From assembly GCA_002269645.1 (NCBI GenBank), contig NIVC01000558.1:1-64000 (forward strand): DNA of 64,000 nucleotides, given 5' to 3'. This document shows positions 48,981 through 61,913 of the stretch, piece by piece (within the stretch, counting starts at the first letter, position 1; each line of letters begins with the position of its first letter). The position numbers were made by a program, and so were the translations under genes. The notes below the pieces were generated by a model, which searched no databases, was not told the origin of the DNA, and saw only the letters and a program-made list of their open reading frames with translations. The stretch comes from Macrostomum lignano. Lineage: Eukaryota.

Positions 48981-51900
48981 ATGAGCATCAAACTGAGAGA
49001 GACGCTGCCGTTGAGCAACATAGATGAGCTTCGCGCTTGGGTTGAAGTGTTTCCAGATCCAAAGAAGTCGAAGATACCGATGAGAGACTAGCGCTGACCA
49101 ACGCTTTCATGGGCTGCCTCGGGGTCGCTGAGCTCATCAAAGTCAAGCAGCTGGTGGCTCCAAAAACCCCGTCTGAGATGAAATGGTCTGAAATCAAGCA
49201 ATGCCTACTGGCGTTTGTGGAGCCCAAGAAGAAACTGCAGATTGCTGAAAGGACAGCCTTCATGTCTATGCGCCAGGCCGAAGGCGAAACCGTCACCAGC
49301 TATGCCGCTCGTCTCAGGGAGCAAGCCGTCGTTTGCGAGTTCGAGAGCCTGAAAAAGGAGGGAGCGGACCCCGCTGAAGTTCATCAAGATGCGGCTCATG
49401 GCCGGTCTGGCCAACTCGGAAATCAGGAACAAGGTGCTCGAGCGTGAAGTGACTCAAGAACTGACGGTCGATCAGGTCACAGAATATGTTCAGCAGCTGC
49501 AGATGGTCAGCAACTTTTCAGCTGGGTCCCTGGCTGCTGCTCGCTCGACTCCCGTGGATTCGATGGTGCACCAGGCTAGGTCGCTGTCGACCGCGGGTCT
49601 GACTACGGCTGATGAAGCTCACTGCCACCCAGATAGCTCCGGCTCTGTCAACGTTAAATTGGTTATGAGGCAGAAGCAGAACTTCGGACATCAGCGCTGT
49701 CAGCGTTGCGGGTTTGGATCGCACCAGAAGCCCGATGACTGCCGAGCCCCGAGAGCCACCTGCAATCAATGTGGAAAGCCTGGCCACTTTGCCCGTGTGT
49801 GCCGCGGTGCCAGGACCCACTTCGCTGTCCCAGCTGAAGCAGTCGGCACTCAGCTGAGTCCAGAAGACTCCTATCGTGATGAGCCCGTATTCTACTGTGG
49901 AGAAGGGAAGCCTGCCGAGTTCTGCACTGTGAAAATCAATCACAGAGAAGTACAGATGGAGAAGGACAGCGGTGCATCCTGCTCGTTAATCTCACGAAGG
50001 ATCTGGAATGAGCTCGGAAGGCCCCCGCTGAAGTCGGCGAAGTCGCGCATGCTGGCGTATGACGGACACGTTATGAGACAGCTGGGCGTTCTGGAATGCC
50101 TGGTGGAGACCACTGCCAAAAACGGCCGCTTCAAGGCGGCAGAGCTGCCCGTCATCGACTGCCAACAAGAGTTTGGGCTGCTCGGCCGGAATCTGCTGGT
50201 CCTCGCGCCGGTGCACCATGCCAGTTCTGATGAGCCAGCTGCCAGCAACAGGTATGAGAGCTTGTTGGGAATATCTGGTGCTACAGGAGAGATCCGTCTT
50301 TGTGCAGGAGCTAGGCCAATTTTCCAGGCAGCTAGAGAACTGCCCTTAGCGCTGAAGCACTTGGTTAAGAAGGAGCTGGACCTGATGGAAAGTGCTGGAA
50401 TCGTTGAGAAGGTGATGTCGTCGGAATGGGGCAGTCCAATTGTGGTGACGGTGAAGTCAGATCGGGCATCCGTGAGAATTTGTGGAGATTATTCGGCTGT
50501 TAATCGGTTGGTTCAAGACCAGACCTTCCTCACTCCCTCGATTGAGACAGCCTTTTCGAAAATGGCCAACAAGAAGCTGTTCTGTCGGCTGGACCTATTG
50601 GATGCGTACTATCAGGTTCCCCTGGATGAGGAATCGAAGGCGGTGACCACCATAAACACTCCTTTTGGTTGCTACAGGTTTAACCGGCTGCCGTATTTCA
50701 TTAAGGTGTCGCTATCTGTTTTTCAACGTGTGATGGAAAAGCTCCTGGGAGACCATCCATGTGTCATAGTATATCAGGACGATGTGCTGATCGGTGCTGC
50801 GAGCCGGGCAGAGTTGCAGAAAATCAGGGAGCAGGTGCTCAACAAGTTAAAGGCAGCCAACGTCAAGATCAACGAGGCGAAGTGCGTGATGGAAGCCAAC
50901 AGCCTGAAGTTTCTTGGTCACATTATTGATGATGAAGGAATAAAACCGGATCCCGGCATGGTGAAACGTGTGATGGATGTCGAGGTGCCGAAGACCAAGA
51001 AAGATTTGGAGAGATTTCTAGGACTGGCTCAGTTTTATGTACGGCTTGTTCCAAACTTTTCTGAGAAATGTCGGCCTCTTCAAGAGCTTCGCCGCGGAGA
51101 CCGAGTCTTTGAATGGAACGCGGTGGTTGAGGCGGCATTTTCGGAAGTCAAGAGGAGTCTGGCCTCAAACCCGTGCATCAAGCCGTTTGATGTTTCCGCG
51201 CCTGTCTGTCTTCGAGTCGATGCGAGCGAGAAGTCATTGGGCGCGGTGCTGGTCCAGTCTGGACATCCCGTCATGTTCATGTCCAGGGCGCTCACACAGG
51301 CAGAAACCAACTACTCGAACATCGAGAGAGAAGCGCTGGCTATTGTTTGGGCGGTTGAACGAGCTCGGAAAATGTTGCTAGGGAAGAAATTCATCCTGCA
51401 GACCGATCACGAGCCTTTGAAGTTTATTCTGAATCCTTGCAAGAATCTTCCAAAGACTGTTTCTGCCAGACTAACCCGATGGGCTCTGCGGCTGTCAGCG
51501 TATGATTACGAGATTGAATATGTGCCGGGAAAGAAGATGCAGGATGCTGACGCTCTATCAAGGCTGAGCTTTGAAAACCTCGATCCTGAGACTGAGTCGG
51601 TTCACCAGACTGAGTTGATCACTGACGGAGGCTTGGTTACCGTGGAGGAGCTGAGAGAAAGTACTTCCCGGTGTTCGTTGCTTCAAAGACTCCAGCAGAA
51701 ATCAGGACAGGCCGATGGGGTCAGGTCTCTCAGGTGGAGCGGCCGTACAAAGCGTGTCGGGAAGCGTTGTCTGTGGAGAACGGGCTGGTCATCCACGGTA
51801 CCAGGGTAGTGCCTCCGACCATTCTCCGGCGGCGCATTTTGGAGACTGCGCATGATGAGGTGCACCCGAGCGTGGAAAATACGAAAGCCCATGTGTCTAA

Positions 51901-52875
51901 AGAGTTCTGGTGGCCTGGACTGGATCGCGATGTCCGTCAGTTTGTTGAGCGGTGTCAGCTGTGCGCTGAAAGGCGGCCGGTGGTTCAGCGGAAAATTGAC
52001 ATATGGCCATCCGAGAGCGAGCCGTGGTCTCGGGTTCACATGGACCACTGTGAGGTGCCAGGAGTGGGCTTGCTGCTGTTGCTGTCTGCTGCATACTCTG
52101 TTTGGCCAGAAGCTGTCCAGGTCCCAGACAGGTCTTCGGGCAGTGTGCTGAGAGTGCTGAGAGTGTTGAGAGCGGTGTTTGCCAGAAATGGAGTGCCTCG
52201 GACGCTAGTGTCGGATAATGCGCCTAAGTTCAGGTCGGAAAGAGTCTCGCAGTGGCTGAACAGCGTCGGCTGCCAGGAGGTGCACACCCCACCGTACCAT
52301 CCGGCATCGAACGGGCAGGCTGAGCGGTTGGTGAGGAGTCTCAAAGGCGGGCTGAAGACGTGGACGAAAGTGGTCCCATTTGACCAGTTCCTGCAGAAAC
52401 TGCTCCTAACCATTCGAACCAGCAGGCCTAGCGGGAACCGTTCCAGCTCGCCGGACATTCTCATGTGGGGACGCCGGCTGCGCCATCCGTTGACGACGAC
52501 CGAGCAGGTGGGCGACTCCATCTGGCTGAGGGCTCGGCCTGGCACGGCTCCGGTTCCGGCCAAGTTCATCGTGCAGCACGGCCGGAACGCAGCTCTGGTG
52601 ACCTCAGCTGACCTGCCAGACGGAGGACTGCAGATGGCGCACGCAAACCAATGGAGCTGCCGCCCAGAGGCGGAGTCCGATCGGCTAACCGAGGCGGCTG
52701 GATCCGAGGATCAGGCTGGGCTATCGATTCCGGGGCCAAGGCTGGCTCTGACTCGGAGCTGCGTGAACCTGAGGTGACTGTCTGTGACTCCCCGCTGAGT
52801 TCTGGAGATGAGACTCTCCAGCCCCACCGCTCGTATGATTTGCGGCCTCGTAAACGTGTTTGTTATCAGGTCTAA
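48981..52875 (+). pseudogene. gag-pol of gypsy copy 2, near-identical to copy 1 with the same frameshifts
   Basis: ORF track repeats at +4255 with at least one SNP (ctgcacatg vs ctgcgcatg). Confidence 0.93.
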
Positions 52876-54559
52876 GGACTGGTTTTGGTTTCTTTTGTTT
52901 TTCGTTTTTCTGCTTTTGGGGGAGCAGTGTTGGGGTTGTACTTTGTTTCACTGTCTGTTTCTCTCTCTCTCTCTCTCCCTCCCGTGACTGATCATTATTG
53001 CGCGCTATCGTTTTACCCCTACCCGTTTGTGCATTTGCGCTTGCCAGTGTGCGTGGTTTCAACTCCCAGCCAATCAGAGGGTGTTTGTCTATTGTCTATT
53101 GTTTGTCTCCTTCGCTTGCAAATATGAGTTGACTCAGTTTTGCCTTGACCAACAGCATACATATCGGTAGGGTCTACATATCGGGAGGGTGCGCCTGCGG
53201 CATACATATCGGTAGCCTGCGGCGCGCGGGCGCCGAGCGCCGATATCGATACGCGTATCGATCACCTAGTGATCGGGGCGCCAGCCAATGAGAGGCGAGG
53301 AGGGTTGACACCCACCTCACCTCCAAAATCGACGGATCTACCGGCCCTTAGTAGTCCTGTAGATCAATTTACATGTAAGAGCTAGCAGTCGCTGTTTGAC
53401 TTGTACACTTGCACTTAAAAATATACATTTTTCGCCACAGCCAGTTTTATGTCTAGCCAACCTTGCATCAAAATCACTTGATTCAGGCCTGAAAAAAATA
53501 CACGAGCTGACTGGGAGCACGCCAAGGAAGTTGAGAGTGGAGACTGTGTCCACTGCTGGCGTTCCGTACGTCGACGAGTATTCCGGATTCTCCGTGGGTG
53601 ACGCCAGCACCAACTACGCCATGACCTTCGATGCTCATTTGACGGCCAGCTCCAACACGACTGGCGACTCGCTCACCTATCACAAAGGCATGCAGTTCTC
53701 CACCATGGACAGGGATAACGATCAATATTCCACTTCTTGCGCCTCGCTATACGGCAATGGCGGCTGGTGGTTTAAATCCTGTCAGAGTACTCTTCCCACG
53801 GGAGGAGCCTACTCGTCTTACGATCCCTATATTCGCTGGAGGTACGCTGGTAATGTTGAAGTGGCTATTCAAATGCTGCTGATTTAAAAACAATTTTAGC
53901 TCGAATTCGTTACTATGAAGATCATACAAGAGTGCGGTTAATGCATATAGGAGCTGTTGGTTCCTTAAGGCATGCAGACTACCCCGACGCATATAATTTT
54001 GGCTTTGTTATGAAACTACGTAATCTGTTTTTGACATAAAGCCGAAATCTAAAAAAGTCATCTTTTAGAGGATTCTAAATTCATAATACTGGTCCGTTTA
54101 AACCTTTCTAAATATCTGTTCTAGGGGAAACTTCTGCCTGTTTAAATTCGTATCACTCAACTCAATTAAAACTCCTTCTTGGAAAATCCCTAATTCACTC
54201 GATTTTTCGGAAATCTCCTGGTAGCGATTAGTGCTTAAGCGGTAAGACACTGTCTAAATTCCTAAGCTAATTCCTAAAGTATGGCGTTTTCCGTGGATCA
54301 TTGGTATCCAGCGGCAGCTGTTCTACATGTACTTTATGTCTAATGTCTAGCCCTAATTGTCTAATCCTAACGCCTAATATTTATCACTATTAGCCTGCTC
54401 GGGTTCCTTAGGGTCTTCACGACCCACCACCTTCAAGTTTCCCTATTCCAGACTCCTATTCCTGGGTCTCCACGACCTCAGTGTCCCTACTTCACAAAGA
54501 AATAATTCGAGATAAGTCTTAGTGAAAGTTTTTTATTTGAACTTCAAGCTTACTAACCG

Positions 54560-54696
54560 TTTCTCGCAGGTAAAAGCAAGGTAAAGCAGGTCGGTTATAT
54601 TCTTGAGCCAGATCGCTACCTTTATACAGTAGTAGTAGTACAGTAGTATAAAGGGAGCGGTCTTGCTCAAGAATAACTGCTTTTACCTGCGAGAAA
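54560..54696. repeat. Small fold-back inverted repeat (~137 bp)
   Basis: TTTCTCGCAGGTAAAAGCA..CTTGAGC..CCTTTATAC / GTATAAAGG..GCTCAAG..TGCTTTTACCTGCGAGAAA around an (AGT)n loop. Confidence 0.75.
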
Positions 54697-56654
54697 TAAA
54701 TTCGGGGGAGGGCGAACATATTTCATTGGGCGACATTCACTTAAACAAATATTAGCAAATTTATAACAAAGTTGAGAATTCAAACAAAAATATTATAGGA
54801 TAAAAACAAATAAGCAGATATTTTCTGGTTGGTCAGGATATACACATATAAGACGCAAAGTTAACTACTAATAGTAATATCGACAAGTTATACTAGCCCT
54901 ACATCATATCATTAGTAGTAGACGTAAGTTTTTCGCAACCTCCCTAATGGTCTATTTTGGCGGTGCACTAGCATAATTATAATATGCTAAATCTGCAGAT
55001 TTCAGTCAGTCAGTCGACTCAATCCTACCCTATAATCTAGTCCATACAGGGGACGCGTGCCGTCCTTTACTTACATTTATTGGCATTCACGCTAACACTT
55101 ATCAATCTAGCATTCGCCTGTATTTGATTGAACAAACACCAAATTATTCGAATGTTACAAAAATTTCAATGCTAGCAAGAACTGGAGTTTTAGGTCTGAA
55201 AAAATCTATACTAAGTATCAGGCAATCATTTTAACAACTTTAATTGTTATCTTTTCTATTCGCTAAAACAGCTAGCTGCTAAAAATGTTTATTTTCATAT
55301 ATGCATTCACATACACATTTTTCATATATGTATATTTTTATTTTATGCTTTTCTTAATATTTTATTCTTTGTACACTCTAGAAAGCGGTTTAAAAAAATA
55401 GCAAGCTTTTCTAGCTTATCCTATATCCTATACAAAATCCTATAGCTAAATCATAAATATACGTTATCAAAAAACTCACAATCAAAAATATCAATAGCTC
55501 GCAATTTCTTTACCGAGCAGCTGTTTAATCAAAGCTAAACCCAATCCCAACGTTGTTTTAAATATTTTTTATTTTGTCATAGAAACGATTGTCCTTTAGA
55601 GAGAAAAATACCGAAAATCACTGCTGCAGAGAACAATTAAGCCACGATCTTTTGTTCAAGCGGACAACCAGTTAAAGAGATCGATCCAAGCCTTAACTGA
55701 AGTCATAGGCTTTGTGGAATATACATGTATATGTATAGTAATAAGAATATAATCAAAATAAAAATAATTTCAGAAAGGCATCATGCAGGGCTTTCGGCGA
55801 ATTATCATCCCGAAAATTCTCCCCATTCCACTGACTCCTGAGCACATACAAGAGCCCCGGATACTGTGTGGGCTGGTACATGTATGCATTTATAAACATA
55901 CACTCACTCACGCATAGTGTACAGCAGCTCTAACTTACTAAACGTTAGGAATGTGCACTCAACTGTGAATTAGAGGTTTGGTGTGAATCGCAATTATATA
56001 TACTGATCTGGGGCATGCAGCTCCATCATATGCAAAATCAGCTGAACTCCATCTTAAACAGTGTGTTGGGGCATGTTTTCTTAGGCTTTGTTCTCGAGTG
56101 AAAATATTTGAAAACTTGACATTAATTTTCTTCTGGGGCAAACTAGTGGGAGAGATACTAGATACATGTACATTTCTTACATGATTGCATGGGCTCAATT
56201 CGAAGTGCAGTCACAGATAAATTGGAATCTCGGCTTGGCTCTGCTCGTGCAATCAACGTCCTTGAGGGCCAGCCCAAAAGGCAGAGTGAAGTGTATGTGC
56301 AACCACTTGGCTCCCCAACCCTTGAACAATCAACACGCTTCGATTTACTTTGAGTGTTTTTAACTGTTCTGTTTTTAAAAGAAAACATACTTGACAAAGA
56401 CTGAACAAAATACCTGATTTAAAACAAAACGAAACGTAGCAAAGACGTTTAGAGTTTTAAGCCAATAGCTGTTTTTCGTTTGTATCTGTGTATTTTTGCA
56501 TCATTATAGAGAAGTAAATGTAGTCTCACTTCAATAAATGAAAAACCGAGAGGAAACTTTTAATGTATGCATGATGACTCATATGCCGACTTAAACGTGA
56601 GTAAAATTTTATGTAGCATGAATTCTTCAAATGGTGATTCATATTTTTATTATA

Positions 56655-56811
56655 CCTGCCCCAATGGGCAGATATGTGCAACCGACAGCTCAGCAATGCA
56701 GAGTAAAGCGTCTTGCTCAAGGACACAAATTGTTCCTACCAGTAGGTCGAGAATCGAACCCCCGACCTTTCGGTCGTAAGTGCGACGCACCAACCACTAA
56801 GCTACAACCCC
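56655..56811 (-). mobile_element. tRNA-derived SINE, copy upstream of the orphan exon
   Basis: A/B boxes TAGCTTAGTGG / GGTTCGATTC and CORE-like GTGTCCTTGAGCAAGACGC on minus strand. Confidence 0.75.
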
Positions 56812-56895
56812 TATAGTAGCTAGGCTAGTTTACATGGAACAGTCGCTGCAGGACTTTTTGAGCTTCAGTTCTTCTATCATTATCACTTCATTCAG

Positions 56896-57280
56896 GTTTT
56901 AAAAAATACACGAGCTGACTGGGAGCACGCCAAGGAAGCTGAGAGTGGAGACTGTGTCCACTACTGGCGTTTCGTACGTCGATGAGTATTCCGGATTCTC
57001 CGTGAGTGACGCCAGCACCAACTACGCCATGACCTTCGATGCTCATTTGACGGCCAGCTCAAACTCGACTGGCGACTCGCTCACCTATCACAAAGGCATG
57101 CCGTTCTCCACCATGGACAGGGATAACGATTTAAGTAGCTCCTCGTCTTGTTCTAATTACTATGGAAATGTCGGCTGGTGGTTTAAAAATTGTTTCTGGT
57201 CTAATCCTACTGGAGACACTTACATTTATTGGAAATATGCTAGCAGTTATCAGTCCAGAATTCACATATATTTGATTTAA
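56896..57280 (+). other. Orphan FReD terminal exon (paralog G5), intact frame and acceptor, exons 1-3 missing
   Basis: TTCAG acceptor at 56895, GFKKIHELTGSTPRKLRV...IHIYLI-stop; upstream intron-3 sequence is fused at ~56557 to downstream-flank sequence. Confidence 0.85.
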
Positions 57281-59334
57281 CAGTAAAATTATTTTACTGC
57301 GCCAAAGACAGAAATCAATAAGAACTGGAGTTTCAAATCGGAAAAAAAATGATCGTAGTTATCAAGCAATCATTTTAACAACTTTTTTGTATCTTTCCTG
57401 TTGGCTAAAGCAGTCACTGAAAAGAAAAGAGTCGATTTTTATTATACCCCTCTCTTAATTTTTTTGTTCTTTATACTTTCTACGAAGTGATTTTATAAAT
57501 AGCAAGATTTTCTTGCTTATCCTATCAAAATCCTAAATCCTAAATATACCGGGTATGTTATAAAAAATCACAATCTAAAATAGATCGTAATTTTTTAAAT
57601 GACAATCTGTTTAATCCAAGCAGAATCCAATTTTTGCGTTTTTTTATATTTCTATTTTATTGATGTAACCGCCTTTTATGACCGTCTGCTCAGCGAGGAG
57701 AAGAGCGTATGATCATAGGGGCAATGATGGTGGGCTGCCTATGACCGGGCAATGACTTGACGGGCCTCCAGCACCAGACTGTCCCGATCACATGACTGAT
57801 AGCTTTGGTAGCGCTTTCGTGACCAGAGGACCAAGGACCCACATGGTTCCCGCCTGTAGCCAAGGTGCAAAAATTGGTCACTCGGTCATAGCATGACCGA
57901 GTGGCTGCCTTCACTCTATGTGACCTGGCGCACCTGCAGATCTATGACCAGACCTTACGAGGCTAGAGCCCCGCCTGGATTGGTTACCAGGGGATTTAGG
58001 CTAACAGGGGAGACGCATGCAGCCGTGTACAGGGACTCCGCTTGGGGCATGATCGGGAACTCTGGGCTCAATCTGGAGGATTTCTCAGTAGGGGATCCTT
58101 TGTGGCTGTAAATGAGGCGGACTTGCCTCAATTACTAAGAGTAGTGTGAGTTGAACATGTACTAGCTATAGTTTAGATTGCTCAGGGCGAAGGGACGTGT
58201 AAGCATGGGGTTGCAACCTTCCTGCTGCCATTCTGTGCCAAGACTCGCTAATTCCCTCTACTGCACGCACACACAGGCTTTGCACGGGGAGAGGCCATTA
58301 GCTTACTCAAACTTCCTTATGCTTTGCCACCCAGGGAGAAAGGCTTAGCAAGCCATGAGAGAAATGATGGTGAAGGTGTAAAAAATGAGGTGTTTAATAA
58401 TCGTTAAAATATCAATCCTCCAGCTCCAGGTTGGTGCCAGCTTGGCACATGACAGCATTTTTTCATTTTTGTTGTTTTTAACTTGTGTATAATATATAAG
58501 GTGGCATATTAATAGATTTCTTTTCTCAAAACACTGACATCTGATGTTTCAAAATGTACGAGCAGTTTTTCTTATACTTCGAAGCTTATTTTCGCAGAAG
58601 AAAAGGGGCTAGAGGGTTTAAATTCTCATATGAAAAGGGAAATACAATACAAACAGTAATATTACATTAAAAATAGCTTTTAATGCAAATCAAATCGATA
58701 AAAATGAATTCGTAAAGAAATTAAAGGGTAGCTACATCCTGGCCAAATTGCAGGATAAATTCGCTGGCATTTCGCTGGCAAATAGTAGTGACATTCTGCT
58801 ACCGTTTCGCCAGCTAATTTTTCATAGGGTAAACAGCAAGCTATGGGCATTTTTTCTCCTTTTTATGTAAATTTCCTAGCATTCATACTAGTAGGATCTT
58901 CTTGTAGCTAGATGATCTTGCCATACTTGTAGTCATAATAACACAGGCGCGGTTTTCGCTGCTTTTGGGGTCATAAATCATTGCTTGCGAGCTGGTCTGA
59001 AAGCCACCTGCGCCTCACTCAGTGTTGAGGCTGTCGCCAGATGGTCTGAGAGGATGCGGGCGGTAGCTTTTTTCTTATCATTTTTGACAGGCCATCAGAT
59101 GCGTTGCGTTTTACCCCTAAAAGTACTTTGGGATTAGCGATTAGCAATTTCTTTTCAACATCTTCACTTTTTACTTAATAAGATCTTTCTAATGTATATT
59201 AAATTTTATAATTCCTATGCGAAAGGTCATCAATCAATATGTAGCGATTTTGAGTGATTTATAACAACACCTGGCGTATTTTTATGGCCCCGAGGGAACT
59301 GATAGGATCTTTTGGTCACGTGAGTTTGGGTAGC

Positions 59335-59450
59335 AACAAGCTCAGCCAATCAGAAAATTTGACGTCAGTTATAACAAATCGGCTCAGCCAATCAGCGTCG
59401 AGGTGTTCCATTTTAACAAATTGCGGTCCAGTTGGCGGCTATATAAACCA
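59335..59450 (+). promoter_or_regulatory. Pol II promoter-like cluster (two CCAAT boxes, TGACGTCA, TATATAAA)
   Basis: CAGCCAATCAG twice, CRE palindrome, CTATATAAACC; no downstream gene identified, may belong to a transposon. Confidence 0.4.
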
Positions 59451-61913
59451 ATGTTTTTGGCCCGCTCGGACTTAACCTCCTGAAGCTTGGCCTAACTTTG
59501 GACCTGCTCGGACCCAGCACACAACTTCTGGCTCCCGGGACTCGACCGTCGTCTCTTGATCCCCGGATCGCGACAGCCCGGCCTTCATCATCAAGGACGA
59601 ATCCCCCCGGTCGACGGCATCGATCATCGAGGTTAAGATCATCACCTGCTAGCTATCTGCGAAGACTGCGACATCATCGTCCCAGACCTACAGCTGCGAA
59701 GCACTAAGCCGATTCGGTCACTGTGGATTACCTAGTCTCCGGCTGTTGAGTTTCTGATTGGTTGGGTGAGAGGCTACCTAGACTTGCTTGATTGGGTGAT
59801 CCCCTATCTGTCCCCTATTTCAGTAGCTGGATTAGGCGCACACTTTTGCTCATTTTGTTCAGCAGTGCTGTTGTTGAGAAGTCACTTAATACTACTGTTG
59901 GTAGTCTGATTACTCCAATTCAATTTGAAGTGTGAAGTGATGTAAGGAGAAGGTTAAATCTGACAGTTATTTTTATCGGTTTTATTTATTTTTTTCGCCG
60001 ATGGCTCGGGTGAGTAGCTAGGCTAGTAGGCGCCGGTCACAGTGGACCAATCGCAAGGCAGTTCTCAGTCGATCAATCTATCAAATCAGTTAGCAAAATT
60101 GCCAATAATGCAGAATCGGCGCTAGAGATGTACTATGTGCACTCTAGATTCGCCAAGCGGCTCGGGTAAAGAATCATGCGGTCTCTGAAGTTTGAGTTAG
60201 TCGATCATCAGCGCTATGAGAGGCTAGTTGGCGCGTTGAAGGCCAAAAGTACATATCTTCGTATTTAGCAATGTAATAGTACATGTAGCTACCCCATAGT
60301 CTCGCCACTGCAAGAACGTTGCAAAATCCCCTCTGCACCTGCATGGCCAATGCGATCAAGTCCCAGCAGTGTCCCTTATCATCGGCTATGACTTCGAGAT
60401 TGACAGCAAAAAGACACTAGTTGGCAGGTAAGTGCTAAGCCCCCTCTAGTCGGAAGCCCGATTTCGAAAGTTCCGGTTTGCTGAGCCAGGACGCACGCGC
60501 TGGTGGCAGCGGGTTAGTTAATCTGCGGATTAGCTGATCTCTACCTTCGAAATTCTCCCTGCTTGTCTCTCGCTGCCCCTCTCTTAGCTATAGGACCTAG
60601 ACTGCTCGCCACACGATCAAGCTACCTTGGGGCTGACCATCTGACAGGAGTGGGGGGCTCAAATTGATTTATTTCTGAGACCTGAGACTCGAAGGCTTCC
60701 CCAAAGGAGCCGAAAAGGCCGAAACCGATCAAATATTTCAAATTACTTTTATAGTCCTGTGAATAAGCGACATCGCATACTTGCCAAGCTGTACTTCCCA
60801 AGTTGCAGTGCATGTGCCGCAGACCATACTTTGAAAGTCATATAGAAAGTAGCGAGAAACATATTAAACTTTCCAAGTTACCAGCAAAGCCAACATTGAG
60901 TAGCTACGCGTCGTACTTTAAAAGCCAATCCAATACAAAGTACCAGTGCTGACCTTGAAAGTTTTCAACGCTTTTTTGCAATTCTAATTCTTTTTTTAGA
61001 ATTCTAATGAGCCCGGCGCAGAGGCAGCTCCTGGGGAGGAGCTGCGGGCAGGCCCGGGACCGACCCCTAACCCCGACTTGGCGTGGCAACCGAGAGGGTG
61101 GATGCGTGAGCCGGCCCGCACAGAAGGACAGTGAATTGAGCTCCCCCCAGATGCTCTAACGCAACCAGAGTAATCCGCTAAGTCTAACCGTCCAGCCCCC
61201 GCCTCCGTAGTTACGGGCATGTCTAGTGCTGTTTTAATTGCATGCGCTGTGTTGTGTAAACCCCGCCGTCGTTAGGAAAGCGTCGTCCACCAGTCGCAGC
61301 AGCAGATCCTAATTCCAGAAGAAAGCAGAGGTTCATTGTTCCAGAGAGGCGGGAGGGTGGGCAAAATGAATTTGCATGCTGGCTTCATCCCCATGTGGCA
61401 GCTGCTTGGCTCCCCTGTGGAAGCCATGCACCTTTGGAAATCCGGCAAAAGAAACTGGTGAAGCTAAAATAGCTTCACATTCACTAATTGCAAGCTGTGT
61501 GAATGATAGACAAATTACTCCCGACTACACCGACTAGCTAAACCTGCTGCATCGCTTCAAATCTTCAAAGCTGCACTGTAGCTTTCGACGCAACTCTTCA
61601 GTTTCCATGCTCTGTCGACTGTGGGTGAGCCATTAAAACAAAGGACTAGCTACTAGACAATAGGACTGCTAAGAGATGCAGGGGAGCAGCCAACATGGGA
61701 TTGGGGTGGGTGACACTAGGCGTTACAGTAGGAGTCTTTGCTAAGACGTTGCTAATTAAGCGACGCAATGCTAAGATACTGAGGCAGCTCCAACGCCTGA
61801 GCGGCATTTTGAGGCAGGGCATAAATAGGGGTGAGCTGCCCCTCCGGGTAGAACGCTGCCTCACCGAGACATTCAAGAATCCAGAGCCTCACTGATAGAC
61901 TGAATCTCCTGAC

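Larger units (their letters stand above)
44426..53154 (+). mobile_element. Ty3/gypsy LTR retrotransposon, tandem LTR-int-LTR-int-LTR
   Basis: LTRs 44426-44706, 48673-48961, 52928-53154 (TGTTG..CAACA); 5-bp TSD GCATA; PBS TGGCGTCGCAAGCAGGAT (tRNA-Ser-like); PPT GGGGGAGCAG; period 4255 bp. Confidence 0.96.
43471..53355. mobile_element. Non-autonomous DNA element (~1.15 kb net) with ~220-bp TIRs and 6-bp TSD, interrupted by the gypsy insertion
   Basis: ACTACTAAGGGCC.GTAGATCCG... at 43471 and its reverse complement ending at 53355; TSD CCTGTA at 43465-43470 and 53356-53361; internal 18-, 21- and ~117-bp subrepeats; no coding capacity seen. Confidence 0.88.
41880..53887 (+). pseudogene. PAN-FReD paralog G4, 23-nt frameshifting deletion in exon 2 and ~9.9-kb nested insertion in intron 3
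   Basis: join(41880..41949,42028..42229,42823..42969,53487..53887); exon 2 is 202 nt, lacking AATGCGGACTTTTCTGCTGCCGC; other exons open. Confidence 0.87.

Noticed and set aside
57664-58157. TGT..ACA-bounded segment as a solo LTR
   Set aside because: No TSD and no second copy in the window
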